NCBI GenBank assembly: GCA_000997385.1
Contig: LCBT01000002.1
Coordinates: 6,315-70,314, forward strand
DNA from: Candidatus Daviesbacteria bacterium GW2011_GWA1_41_61
GTDB taxonomy: Bacteria > Patescibacteriota > Microgenomatia > Daviesbacterales > UBA10151
DNA: 64,000 nucleotides
Direction of reading: 5' to 3'
The notes under the pieces are model-generated. The model saw nothing but the letters and a program-made list of their open reading frames with translations, did not search any database and was not told the origin of the DNA. How positions within the stretch are numbered: position 1 is the first letter of the stretch; every line of letters begins with the position of its first letter. The position numbers were made by a program, and so were the translations under genes. Of the stretch, positions 8,354 through 17,319 are shown one piece after another.

Positions 8354-9413
8354 GTCTTTGACGGGTGGCACGAAGGAGAGATCTCGGGCGTCGACCGCAT
8401 CCCGACGTACGTCGGGAGAGGACGCACCTGAGATACCGAAGCGGCAGGATCCGTCAAAGGTAGTATGGCCTCAAAAATTACTTTTAGCCTCACCTCGGGG
8501 TTTTTGTGCTGGAGTAAGACGGGCTATCGATGCCTTAAACCGGCTGGTAGAAGCTCACCCCAGGCAAACCATTTATTGTTTTCACCAGATTGTCCATAAC
8601 ACTTATGTAGTCTCTGAATTTGAAAGCAAAGGTGTAAAGTTTGTAAACTCTTTAGAAGAGGTGCCAGAAAATAGCATTATAGTCTTTAGTTCACATGGAG
8701 TTTCTCCTCAAGTAAGACAGCAAGCTGAGAAGAAAAAGCTAAAAACTATTGATGCTACCTGTCCTTTTGTTACTAAAACTCACCTGGAGGTTAAAAAATA
8801 TGCTTCAGAGGGAGATAAGATCATCTATATTGGGCAATCCCATCATGATGAAGCAGTAGGTGCCACCGGAGAAGCTCCAGAAAGCACAGTGATTGTCCAA
8901 ACTCCAGAAGAGATAGAGGCTTTAGAAATTTCTCCTAGTCAAAAAGTAGCCTTAGTAACCCAAACAACACTATCCTTTGATGAAACAGAAGGCTTAAGAC
9001 AAGCTCTAAAGTCTAAATATCCCCATTTAATTGAGCCATCCCACTCAGATATCTGTATGGCTACCCAAAACAGGCAAAATGGGGTCAAAGAGTTGGTTCA
9101 ATCCGGGGCAAAGGTAGTCATAGTTTTAGGCTCAGCCAACAGCTCTAATTCTAATAAGTTAAAAAAAGTAGCTGAAAAAATGGGAGTAAAGGCTGTTTTA
9201 ATTGACGAAATTTCTGAGTTGGATTTAAGTTTAATAGAAAGTGTAGAGTGTGTTGGTTTAACAGCCGGGGCCTCTTTACCGGAAAATAAAATCACTAAAG
9301 CTTTAGAATGGTTTAAAGATCATGGTACTAAGACTATTGAAGAGATACTGGTAGCAGACGAATCTTCTATCTCACTGCCCACGGTAGATACTCATCAACC
9401 ATCTAAAGCCTAA
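8322..9413 (+). CDS. ispH: 4-hydroxy-3-methylbut-2-enyl diphosphate reductase (IspH/LytB); true start uncertain (ATG 8322 overlapping ispG, or TTG 8358)
   Basis: LLLASPRGFCAGVRRAID, HNTYVV and conserved Cys residues match IspH/LytB. The N-terminal ~45 aa is the Arg/Ser-rich translation of the GC-rich element. Confidence 0.75.
   Translation: MENGSKQIRSKSLTGGTKERSRASTASRRTSGEDAPEIPKRQDPSKVVWPQKLLLASPRGFCAGVRRAIDALNRLVEAHPRQTIYCFHQIVHNTYVVSEFESKGVKFVNSLEEVPENSIIVFSSHGVSPQVRQQAEKKKLKTIDATCPFVTKTHLEVKKYASEGDKIIYIGQSHHDEAVGATGEAPESTVIVQTPEEIEALEISPSQKVALVTQTTLSFDETEGLRQALKSKYPHLIEPSHSDICMATQNRQNGVKELVQSGAKVVIVLGSANSSNSNKLKKVAEKMGVKAVLIDEISELDLSLIESVECVGLTAGASLPENKITKALEWFKDHGTKTIEEILVADESSISLPTVDTHQPSKA
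8356..8459 (+). other. GC-rich (~63% GC) nested-hairpin element at the ispG/ispH junction; candidate structured RNA / cis-regulatory element
   Basis: Outer inverted repeat CTTTGACGG...CCGTCAAAG. Inner GCGTC...GACGC. A perfect 16-nt palindrome CCCGACGTACGTCGGG. A GAGATCTC palindrome. GC content is far above the ~38% background. Confidence 0.3.
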
Positions 9414-10207
9414 TTACTTTCAATGAAGATACTACTTTGGTTTTCAAAGACTAGATTGTGGAACTCCCAGTACTTGCCCTGATCTCCAGCACACCTGGCT
9501 GCTTCAGCAGCTTTTAAAGCTCCAAAATGAATTTGAGTTAAAGGAAAATCCCGGTAGTAAAGTTTGACCTTACCTGTATCTATATAGTCTTTCTTTAACT
9601 GAACAACAGTAGCTTTATAAAGTCTTTCGCAAAATGGGCACTGGTAATCAGAAAACTCTACTAAAGTAACTGAAGCTTGAGTATTTCCTAAAACCGGATT
9701 ATCTCCTGCTTTGACCTCCTTTTTTTCTTTACCAATCTCCCCATTTTGAGGGTTGCCGTCAACTAAGTAAGCCACCGATGAATCAGCCGTTTCCCAATTA
9801 CCCCCTTTTAATTCATATTCAATAGCATCTTTAAAAACGGTGTATGGTTGAGCTCCCTCAACCAGATGCCCATTGATCAAAACTGCCGGTGTTCCATTAA
9901 CTCCTAGCTTCACCCCATCCTCCTGATCAGCACTAACCAAAGAAGCTTTTTGCCCGGAGTCTAGGCAGCTGTCAAACTTTTTCTGATCTAAGCCTAAATT
10001 TTTAACCTGGGCCTTAATATTAGCTACAGCAAAATCAGCAGTTCCTTTTTGAGTCTGGGGGTTGTTGTCAGCAGCTTTGGCAGCTGGGACTTTAGCCTCC
10101 TTTTTTAAGGTAATCACTCCGCCCGAGACTAAAATTGCCAAAGCGATAATCACACTACCTAAAAGTACGGCTATGGGGGTAGTTAAGAAGGTATTTTTAT
10201 CTTCCAC
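9410..10207 (-). CDS. membrane-anchored DsbA-like thiol:disulfide oxidoreductase, apparently circularly permuted
   Basis: N-terminal TM helix. CxxC motif (FSDYQCPFCERL) sits in the C-terminal half. The GVNGTPAVLINGHLV segment, normally C-terminal in DsbA/BdbD, precedes it. Confidence 0.5.
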   Translation of the reverse strand: MEDKNTFLTTPIAVLLGSVIIALAILVSGGVITLKKEAKVPAAKAADNNPQTQKGTADFAVANIKAQVKNLGLDQKKFDSCLDSGQKASLVSADQEDGVKLGVNGTPAVLINGHLVEGAQPYTVFKDAIEYELKGGNWETADSSVAYLVDGNPQNGEIGKEKKEVKAGDNPVLGNTQASVTLVEFSDYQCPFCERLYKATVVQLKKDYIDTGKVKLYYRDFPLTQIHFGALKAAEAARCAGDQGKYWEFHNLVFENQSSIFIESN

Positions 10208-10247
10208 GTTTGCTTATTCTATACTGCCCAAGAAAGAACTGTCAATG

Positions 10248-10859
10248 TTAGTTATATTGGTTTTGGGCAACCTCTACCCCTTTATTTAACAGAGTTTCTA
10301 TAGCTTCTACAGCGCTTTTGAGCATATGTTTCAACTTAGATTTTTCAGAAGGCAAAAAGGGCTCTAAAACAAAACGCTCTACATTAAAACTATCCATTTT
10401 ATGTTCACTTAAAACTGTTCTGCCAGAGGAAGGACCAATTCCTAATCTGACTCTGATAAACTTATCATCTCCCAAGCAGCTGATCACTGATTCCACTCCA
10501 TGATGCCCGGCAGCAGCCCCTCCTACTCTGATTTTAATCTTTCCCAGGGGCAAGTCTAGATCATCATGGATCACCACCACATCTTCTAAGGGAATTTGAT
10601 AGTAATCTGCCAGAAGTTTAACTGCCAGACCAGAATTGTTCATGTAAGTTTGAGGCTTTATTAAAATTAAGGATAAAGGAGAAGCGGTAAGGGGAAAGTT
10701 TATTTGTATAACCTCAGATTTAAATTTTTTCTCGCTGCTCCAGCTTAACCCTTCACTATTTATGCTATCCACTAATTTATCTACCACTTCAAATCCTAAA
10801 TTATGCCTGGTTCCTTGATATTTTTCCCCAGGGTTTCCCAGTCCAACCATTAATTTCAC
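10248..10859 (-). CDS. pth: peptidyl-tRNA hydrolase
   Basis: MKLMVGLGNPGEKYQGTRHNLGF N-terminal signature. Confidence 0.7.
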   Translation of the reverse strand: MKLMVGLGNPGEKYQGTRHNLGFEVVDKLVDSINSEGLSWSSEKKFKSEVIQINFPLTASPLSLILIKPQTYMNNSGLAVKLLADYYQIPLEDVVVIHDDLDLPLGKIKIRVGGAAAGHHGVESVISCLGDDKFIRVRLGIGPSSGRTVLSEHKMDSFNVERFVLEPFLPSEKSKLKHMLKSAVEAIETLLNKGVEVAQNQYN

Positions 10860-10915
10860 AAAATTATTTTACCACTATTGTTGAAATTCCTGCATAAAAT
10901 CCCTAAGATTAAAGT

Positions 10916-11266
10916 ATGCCTAATTCTGCCCAAATATATATTGATCATCAGGTAGCTGAGCTGGAGGGAGTGAATTTTGAGCTGTTAAACAGTGAGGATA
11001 AGCTTTTACCCACTGCCCAGAAAGTAGCTGAGCAGTTAAATTTAAGAGTAGTTAAGTCTTTTATCCACCGTTTTGATCCCCACGGGTTGTCTTTAATGTT
11101 AGTTTTATCCCAATCTCATCTGGCTATCCATACCTGGCCGGAACATGGGTACATGCATGTGGATATCGTGACCTGTTCTGCAAATATGGCGAGCAGCAAA
11201 TTTGCAGAGGTCCTTAAAAAATACTTTTCCCCCACCAAAATCACCTGCAGAAAGATTGAATATTAA
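10916..11266 (+). CDS. speH: S-adenosylmethionine decarboxylase proenzyme, small class 1-type
   Basis: LSQSHLAIHTWPEHGYMHVDIVTC, including the self-processing Ser site. Confidence 0.55.
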   Translation: MPNSAQIYIDHQVAELEGVNFELLNSEDKLLPTAQKVAEQLNLRVVKSFIHRFDPHGLSLMLVLSQSHLAIHTWPEHGYMHVDIVTCSANMASSKFAEVLKKYFSPTKITCRKIEY

Positions 11267-11268
11267 CA

Positions 11269-13002
11269 TCAATCTTTCTTATGTTGCTGCTGGTACATCT
11301 CTGTCAACTCTTTCACTGTTGTAGCATCTTCTGGCTCTTTATCTTCCCTAAACTTGATCAATCTGGGAAATCTTAGAGCATAACCCGCTTCTTTGCCCTC
11401 TTTTCCAGCAGTATGAATAGGGGATCTGGTGATCTCATCAGCTAATACCTCTATCACAATCTCCGGTTTAATCCAAACAGAAGGTTCCAAAATAGCATTA
11501 ACTCTGGCAGGTCTATGTTCTACCTTAATCTTATCAGCCCGGGCATGGATAGTCTTCCATTCCTCATCAGTTAAGCCCGTACCTATCTTAGAAACTGTCA
11601 CAAATTCATCCTTTTCCTTATCATAAACTCCTACCAATAAAGACCCCGCCCCAAACTTCGCCCTCTTGCCCCGTCCCCAAATATAACCTAAGATGACACA
11701 ATCAATGGTATCCTTCAGTTCTCCGGCAGAATGCCTTTTTAGCTTCACCCAATTAAAATTCCTGGCTCCAGCTTCATATTTGGAATCAGGCCTTTTGACC
11801 AACAACCCCTCTAAACCCTTGGTAATAGCATCATTAAACAGGTTATTAATCCTCTCCTCGGAAGCGGTTATTTCTCCGGATTGAGGCACCAAAATATCGT
11901 CAGACGAGACCACCTTTTTTAAAACCTCCATCCTCTCCTGTAAGGGCCTATCAATTAATGATTTGCCATCCACATACATAATGTCAAAGACAAAGGCTTT
12001 TAGAGGAAGTTTTTTCGCCATCTCTTCCACTCCATACTTACGCCTCCTCTTGGTAGTTTCCTGAAAGGGTAAAAATTCATCAGATTCCGGGTTAAAAGCT
12101 AAGGCTTCAGCATCTAAGATGGCACTTTTAGCCTTCACTTGTTTCTTCACTCCCTCCACAAGTTCTGGAAGCATGGCCGTCGTTTCCTCCAAGTTACGGG
12201 AAAAAATCCTTACATGGTCTCCATCTTTGTGCAATTCTGTCCGAAAGCCGTCGTATTTATATTGGACATGGGCCTGTCCCCCAAATTTAACAAGGATAGT
12301 CTTGGCATCAGGCAACCTTTCAGCAAGCTCAGGTCTTATTGGTCTCCCCACCGCTACATCCAGCTTTTTCACCCCTTGAAGCCCCTTCTGCCATAGTGTT
12401 TGACCGATTAGTCCTAAATCGGAAGTTCTATTGTATGCCTCCTCCAACTCTTTCCTTCTCTTTCTATCCCCCAGTTTTGTTTGGGCAAAGGCATCCAAAA
12501 GTGTGGGGTCTCCTACCCCTAACCTGCTGCTACCCAAAGGAATTCTTACTAGATGTTTAGCTCCTATCTCATCCACCTTACCCAATAAACCAGCTAAGAG
12601 GGTGGTCTTTTTCTCCACCGTCCCCTTACCAGAAGTTTCAGCAATCGCTCTTAAAGTTTCAAAAACTTCCTCAACTGTCAACTCGGTGCTTGTTATTTGT
12701 CTCTTGTTGCTAACTCGTTGGGCAACTAGCCCCAGATCTCCCACTCTTCCATACCCTTTTAACACCTCTTCTTTTTCTATGCCATAAGCTTTAGCAATAG
12801 CTGCAGCCACCAGCTTCTCACTCATCCCCATCTCTATCGGTTCATAAAAGGGTCCAACCCTCCCCTGTATCAAATAAGCCACCTTGGCTATTTCCTTAGC
12901 CTCAACTTGCTGGAAAAGCTGAGCCAGAATATCAATTAAAGCCAGCCTGGAGGAGGTGGCTTCCAGTTTTTCTAAATATGAAGTAAATTGAGCAAAGGTC
13001 AT
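11269..13002 (-). CDS. ATP-dependent DNA ligase (archaeal/eukaryal Lig-type with N-terminal DNA-binding domain)
   Basis: Adenylation motif KYDGFRTELHKD (KxDG), with downstream motifs III-VI and an OB domain; 577 aa. Confidence 0.7.
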   Translation of the reverse strand: MTFAQFTSYLEKLEATSSRLALIDILAQLFQQVEAKEIAKVAYLIQGRVGPFYEPIEMGMSEKLVAAAIAKAYGIEKEEVLKGYGRVGDLGLVAQRVSNKRQITSTELTVEEVFETLRAIAETSGKGTVEKKTTLLAGLLGKVDEIGAKHLVRIPLGSSRLGVGDPTLLDAFAQTKLGDRKRRKELEEAYNRTSDLGLIGQTLWQKGLQGVKKLDVAVGRPIRPELAERLPDAKTILVKFGGQAHVQYKYDGFRTELHKDGDHVRIFSRNLEETTAMLPELVEGVKKQVKAKSAILDAEALAFNPESDEFLPFQETTKRRRKYGVEEMAKKLPLKAFVFDIMYVDGKSLIDRPLQERMEVLKKVVSSDDILVPQSGEITASEERINNLFNDAITKGLEGLLVKRPDSKYEAGARNFNWVKLKRHSAGELKDTIDCVILGYIWGRGKRAKFGAGSLLVGVYDKEKDEFVTVSKIGTGLTDEEWKTIHARADKIKVEHRPARVNAILEPSVWIKPEIVIEVLADEITRSPIHTAGKEGKEAGYALRFPRLIKFREDKEPEDATTVKELTEMYQQQHKKD

Positions 13003-13063
13003 CTTCTGGATTGTAGTTCATTGCTCATTTCTTGTAAAATAGTTTTAGATCTTTTGAAGTTGG

Positions 13064-13756
13064 ATGAACCAAAGAACAGAAACCGAGCCACCGCCTCCTT
13101 TGTCACCTTTTAAAATTGCTCGAGAGCAGCACGAGCAGTTTATAAAATCATTCGGCCGGCGCCGGTTAGACCTTCTTCTTTCCTTAAAACCGGGAGAGGA
13201 GCAGGAAAAATATAAAAACAAACTCCTTGATCAATTTGTTCTGCTAATGAAAGCTAAAGAGCGACAAATTAGTCAAGATACAGTAGCACGGGCAATTTTG
13301 AATAAGAGGACTTTCCAACTCAGACTTAGACAAGCCTTAGTATTCTGCCACCGACATGAAGTTGAAGCCACTCTTCTTTTATTAGATGGTAATAAGTTCA
13401 AGCTTGTTAATGATACCTATGGCCACCCAGTAGGAGATAAGGTTATTCAGGCGATGATTCAGGCTGTAGTTAAAAGCGTACGTGAGGACGACTTGGTGGG
13501 TCATTATGGAGGAGATGAAATCGCTGTTTTGCTGTTAGGAACTGGCGCTCAAGATGCAGAGATAGTTATTAGTAGAATTAATCAGAATGTTCCTCAATTT
13601 ACTAGACAAGAGGTACCTCAACTGGCCTGGGAACAAACGGTGAGTATTGGTCTGGCTCAAGTAAAGTCAGAGGATAGTGAAAAAACCCTTCTTATTAAAG
13701 CCGATCAAGCTTTATATGAGGCAAAAAAGGAAAGGTATAGTCTCCCAATAGCATAA
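13064..13756 (+). CDS. GGDEF domain protein (putative diguanylate cyclase)
   Basis: HYGGDEIAVLLLG GGDEF motif and LLDGNKFKLVNDTYGHPVGDKV. Confidence 0.55.
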   Translation: MNQRTETEPPPPLSPFKIAREQHEQFIKSFGRRRLDLLLSLKPGEEQEKYKNKLLDQFVLLMKAKERQISQDTVARAILNKRTFQLRLRQALVFCHRHEVEATLLLLDGNKFKLVNDTYGHPVGDKVIQAMIQAVVKSVREDDLVGHYGGDEIAVLLLGTGAQDAEIVISRINQNVPQFTRQEVPQLAWEQTVSIGLAQVKSEDSEKTLLIKADQALYEAKKERYSLPIA

Positions 13757-13770
13757 ATCCCTTTGTAAAT

Positions 13771-13799
13771 TTGACAACCTTCACCCCATAGTGTATAAG
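13771..13799 (+). promoter_or_regulatory. putative promoter TTGACA-17nt-TATAAG upstream of 13838 gene
   Basis: Consensus-like -35/-10 hexamers with 17-nt spacing. Confidence 0.25.
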
Positions 13800-13837
13800 T
13801 ATACCCACTGTTTGAGTAAGAAGGTCTAATTAATAAT

Positions 13838-14257
13838 ATGCGTGAAGAGCAGGACAGAATTCATGTGACAGATGAGACAGATCGCAAGGGTACCATACAT
13901 TGGGAACTCAGTTCTCCTGAGGAAACCATCATGAGGGCTGGCGACACCATTCCAGAAACCCTTGGTCAATCACTGACCTGCACCAAGGGCCACCTTCAAG
14001 CAGCACTGAAGTTACTCTCTGAACAATATCCCGAATGTCCAGATAAAGTGACCTCGCTTCTAGAGAAGGCATTAAAGACTGTGAATAGGACTATCAGAGA
14101 GTCAGGCGCCCTAGAAACAGTATTAAAAACCAGAGGCGATCAGTTCTTGCCTGTGGACACAAGATACAATAACAATGAAAAGAACGGTGGTATTATTGCC
14201 CTCGACCTAGTTTCTACCCTCAAAGGAAAGGGTACAAATAACTCTAACTCAGTTTAA
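13838..14257 (+). CDS. hypothetical protein
   Basis: ORF with a consensus-like promoter upstream; no recognizable motif. Confidence 0.3.
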   Translation: MREEQDRIHVTDETDRKGTIHWELSSPEETIMRAGDTIPETLGQSLTCTKGHLQAALKLLSEQYPECPDKVTSLLEKALKTVNRTIRESGALETVLKTRGDQFLPVDTRYNNNEKNGGIIALDLVSTLKGKGTNNSNSV

Positions 14258-14259
14258 TA

Positions 14260-15336
14260 TTATTTAAGCATATAGACCGCATTTTTAGTACCACCCTGTT
14301 TTTTGACTAACCCTTTTTGCTTTAAGAATTTAATCTCCCGCAGTACTGTATCATCAGAATAATCCGGAAAGATCTTTCGGAAATCTTTATTTTGCATACG
14401 TTTATGACGGTGCAAAAACTCCATAATTAACATCTGCCTTTCATTTAACTCTACCTGCTCCCCCAGCCGGTCTTTAACATGAGAGTCCAAAGAGATCCTT
14501 CTGACTCTTTCTTTGATTTTATTAAGCTCAATCGCCACCCCTTCTATAAAATAATCAACCCAAGGTGTTAAGTCCCTCTCATAGCTATCTAAAACCAGCT
14601 GATTAGAGACAGCCTGCAATGTCGTGTAATAATTCATCGGGTTGGCATCAAAATATTCCTCCAAAGAAAAAAGTTTTCGGATATCATAGCCTTCTAAAAA
14701 CATGATGAGGGTAGCGATAGCCCGGCAGGTTCGGCCGTTACCGTCAACAAAAGGATGGATCCGCGCCAATTCATAATGGATGATCCCCGCTTTAATGACC
14801 GGATGGAGATCCTTTGATTGCCCGCTGTTGATCCAGTTTACCAGATCTTCAATCAGGTAAGGCACCTCGGCAGCCGGAGGAGGAGTGTAGGAAATCTGGC
14901 CGGTTTTGCTATTTTTAATCACCACCTGACGCACCCTAAATTTCCCTGATTGCTCCGGGTGTACAACCCTCTCAACAGTTAACCGGTGGACCTCTAAAAT
15001 AGTCTCTACAGTTAAAATATAAGGATTATTGGAGCCGATCTTAGAAGCGATAGTATCAATAAATTTTAAAACATTGCGGTAGTTGATCACCTCTTGAATA
15101 TCCCGGTCCCGCGCCATCACCTCCTGACCATCCAAAACCTGTTGGGCTTCTTCAAAAGACAGCTGGTTGCCCTCCAGGTGTGTTCCGTGGTGGACAAACC
15201 TCTCCATCGCCTCTTTCCTGAATTTAGCTTCCCAGGCGGGGATTAAAGGAGAGTTTAAAATTACCTCCCGGGCAGCATCAATCACTCCAATATTGCGTAA
15301 GGTTTTATTAGTAATTGTATACTTCGACATGAACAT
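14260..15336 (-). CDS. Fic family protein (canonical active site) with C-terminal winged-helix domain
   Basis: HPFVDGNGRTCRAIATL matches HxFx(D/E)GNGRxxR. Confidence 0.65.
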   Translation of the reverse strand: MFMSKYTITNKTLRNIGVIDAAREVILNSPLIPAWEAKFRKEAMERFVHHGTHLEGNQLSFEEAQQVLDGQEVMARDRDIQEVINYRNVLKFIDTIASKIGSNNPYILTVETILEVHRLTVERVVHPEQSGKFRVRQVVIKNSKTGQISYTPPPAAEVPYLIEDLVNWINSGQSKDLHPVIKAGIIHYELARIHPFVDGNGRTCRAIATLIMFLEGYDIRKLFSLEEYFDANPMNYYTTLQAVSNQLVLDSYERDLTPWVDYFIEGVAIELNKIKERVRRISLDSHVKDRLGEQVELNERQMLIMEFLHRHKRMQNKDFRKIFPDYSDDTVLREIKFLKQKGLVKKQGGTKNAVYMLK

Positions 15337-15345
15337 AACTGATAA

Positions 15346-16047
15346 TTAACCCTTTTTCTCTTTGACTAACAGTTTAGAAAAAACTAAAGTTGCCACTACC
15401 AGTAACATTATCACAAAGGAATAGCGGCTTAAAACCAAAATAAAGCTGTCCCCCACCAGATAAATGCCATAACCCCATAAGGTAGCCCAACTGAAAGTAG
15501 ATAAGATGGCAATGGAGATAAACTGCCAAAAAGGCATCCGCGAGGTGCCGGCAGCCAAAGACAGAAAAGCCGCGATATTGGGATAGGAAAATCCCAAAAC
15601 TAAACCTTTAGTCCGGTGATTGATTAGTTTTTCTCTAGCCTCCTGTAAAATCTGTCCATAGCCCATTTTCTTAACAATACCCGAGAAGCTAAAATACCCT
15701 ATTAAAAAGTCCAGAAGATAACCCACTAAAGCCCCTAAAGAAGCCGCTATGATAACCCAATAAAGTTCAATACTGCCGGTTCTGGCAAAAGCTGCTCCCA
15801 AACCTATGGTTACCATCCCGGGGGCAAAAAGATTAATTACCACCAAACTTTCCAAAGCTGCTGCCACAAAGATAATCTCATAACCATACCTGGCATAAAG
15901 TAAGGTAAAAGTAGCTATCAGTTCTTCAGAGGTAGGGATAGCTCCCCGGGCAATAATGATAAATACAACATAAGTGATGATCAAAAGGACCGGGGCAAAG
16001 AGATCATGTTTTAAAACAGCGATCATCCGGCTAAATAAATTGCTCAT
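15346..16047 (-). CDS. DedA/VTT-domain membrane protein
   Basis: Multi-TM protein with a DedA-like core (FAPGMVTIGLGAAFAR...GYLLDFLIGY). Confidence 0.45.
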   Translation of the reverse strand: MSNLFSRMIAVLKHDLFAPVLLIITYVVFIIIARGAIPTSEELIATFTLLYARYGYEIIFVAAALESLVVINLFAPGMVTIGLGAAFARTGSIELYWVIIAASLGALVGYLLDFLIGYFSFSGIVKKMGYGQILQEAREKLINHRTKGLVLGFSYPNIAAFLSLAAGTSRMPFWQFISIAILSTFSWATLWGYGIYLVGDSFILVLSRYSFVIMLLVVATLVFSKLLVKEKKG

Positions 16048-16215
16048 GGAACAAATTACCAGTATTCTTGCACATTTCCCGCAGATAAGAAAGATCTCCA
16101 GATTGATCTATGCTCTCATTGTCACCCTACTGGCAGTGACTGTTACCTATCAACTTTCCAAAACTCCTCTCATTTCCAATCAAAGGGAAAATAGTTCTTA
16201 GGCGGTGGTTTCAGG

Positions 16216-17319
16216 TCAGCTATCTTGCAGTTTCCCCTCTTGGACATGCACTAACTTAACTGATTTTAAAAACTCCTCGGGAATCGGTTCTGATTCGACA
16301 GCAGAGATGATGGATTGTTGGGAAGAGATAACCCCAATGACATAATCCCGGTGATCCATATCCAGCTCGGAAAAGATATCATCTAAAAGGAGCACTGGCT
16401 TTGTTCCTAAAACTTCAGTAATGAAGTGGAGTTCTGCCAGTTTTAGCTCTAAAACAGCTGTCCTTTGTTCCCCCCGGGAACCAAAAAAAGCCAGGTTGTG
16501 CCCATCCATCATAAAGGTAAAATCATCCCGATGGGGGCCGATTAAGGTAGCACAGGCTCCTATCTCCCGCGGCTGATATTCTCTAATTCTGCTTTCTGAG
16601 ATAACGTTCTCCTCATAGATAAATCTAAACTTACCCATCGATCCTGGTATTAACTTCAACCGCCGCACCTGATCATTGAGGCTTATAAAAAGCTCCCTTC
16701 TTTTGGTGGAAATCATACTTCCCCACTTAACAAGCTCTCCTGTCCAAAATTCCAGTTCAGAAATTTCAGCCTGGCCTTCCTGGATCCTTTTTAAAAGCTT
16801 ATTCCTGGCAGTTAAAGTAGCACTGTAGCTGTTTAAAGCTCTTTTGTATTGTTTATCCACTTGGGACAAAGCGGTGTCCATAAAACTGCGGCGTAAAGCC
16901 GGGGGCCCAGCCACCAAAAATATATTCTCTGGGGCAAAGTACACCACTACCAAATGGCCAAGGTAATCCATCACCCTTCGAGGTACCCCGTTGACCTTAA
17001 CTCTCTTTTCCAGACCTTCCAGCCCTGGTTTTACCTGCATACCAATCTCTAGTCTTGTCACCTCCCTTTCTTCCTTCTCTTTCAATTCTGAATTCTCTTC
17101 TATTTCCCCTTCTATCAGACAGTAACTTTCTCCTTGTTTAATTAACTGCTGCTCGGTTTCGGTTCTGGTAGATCTAGCAGTCGCCAAAAAAGAAATTGCT
17201 TCCAAAAGGTTGGATTTTCCCTGGGCATTTTTACCCACTAAAAGGGTCGTTTGAGGAAACTCTAAATCAACATGAGAAAAATTTCTAAAATTAGTCAGTT
17301 TTATTTTTTTAAGAAACAT
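16216..17319 (-). CDS. recF: DNA replication and repair protein RecF (start at MFLKKIKL)
   Basis: LKKIKLTNFRNF...LLVGKNAQGKSNLLEAI Walker A and RecF N-terminus. Confidence 0.7.
   Translation of the reverse strand: MFLKKIKLTNFRNFSHVDLEFPQTTLLVGKNAQGKSNLLEAISFLATARSTRTETEQQLIKQGESYCLIEGEIEENSELKEKEEREVTRLEIGMQVKPGLEGLEKRVKVNGVPRRVMDYLGHLVVVYFAPENIFLVAGPPALRRSFMDTALSQVDKQYKRALNSYSATLTARNKLLKRIQEGQAEISELEFWTGELVKWGSMISTKRRELFISLNDQVRRLKLIPGSMGKFRFIYEENVISESRIREYQPREIGACATLIGPHRDDFTFMMDGHNLAFFGSRGEQRTAVLELKLAELHFITEVLGTKPVLLLDDIFSELDMDHRDYVIGVISSQQSIISAVESEPIPEEFLKSVKLVHVQEGKLQDS

Noticed and set aside
8356-8459. Small self-cleaving ribozyme (hammerhead/twister/pistol) in the GC-rich element
   Set aside because: The conserved cores (e.g. 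CUGAUGA...GAAA for hammerhead) could not be matched by eye. It is retained only as an unspecified structured element.
8460-8470. ATG at 8464 preceded by an AAAGG Shine-Dalgarno as the real ispH start
   Set aside because: It is in a different reading frame from the conserved IspH core (PRGFCAGV), and its frame terminates after ~45 codons.
6806-12787. Numerous 60-150-aa ORFs on the opposite strand of large genes in the ORF track (e.g. 6806-7015, 7444-7710, 11429-11626, 12119-12787, 21816-22256, 43710-44156)
   Set aside because: They are fully embedded antisense within well-supported genes (polyprenyl synthase, ispG, ligase, GT4, hypothetical) and have low-complexity composition. They are likely spurious.
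16048-16215. Inverted repeat GTCACcctactggcaGTGAC as a rho-independent terminator for recF
   Set aside because: There is no adjoining T-tract on the relevant strand. It may instead be a promoter or operator feature of the divergent DedA gene, and is too weak to call.
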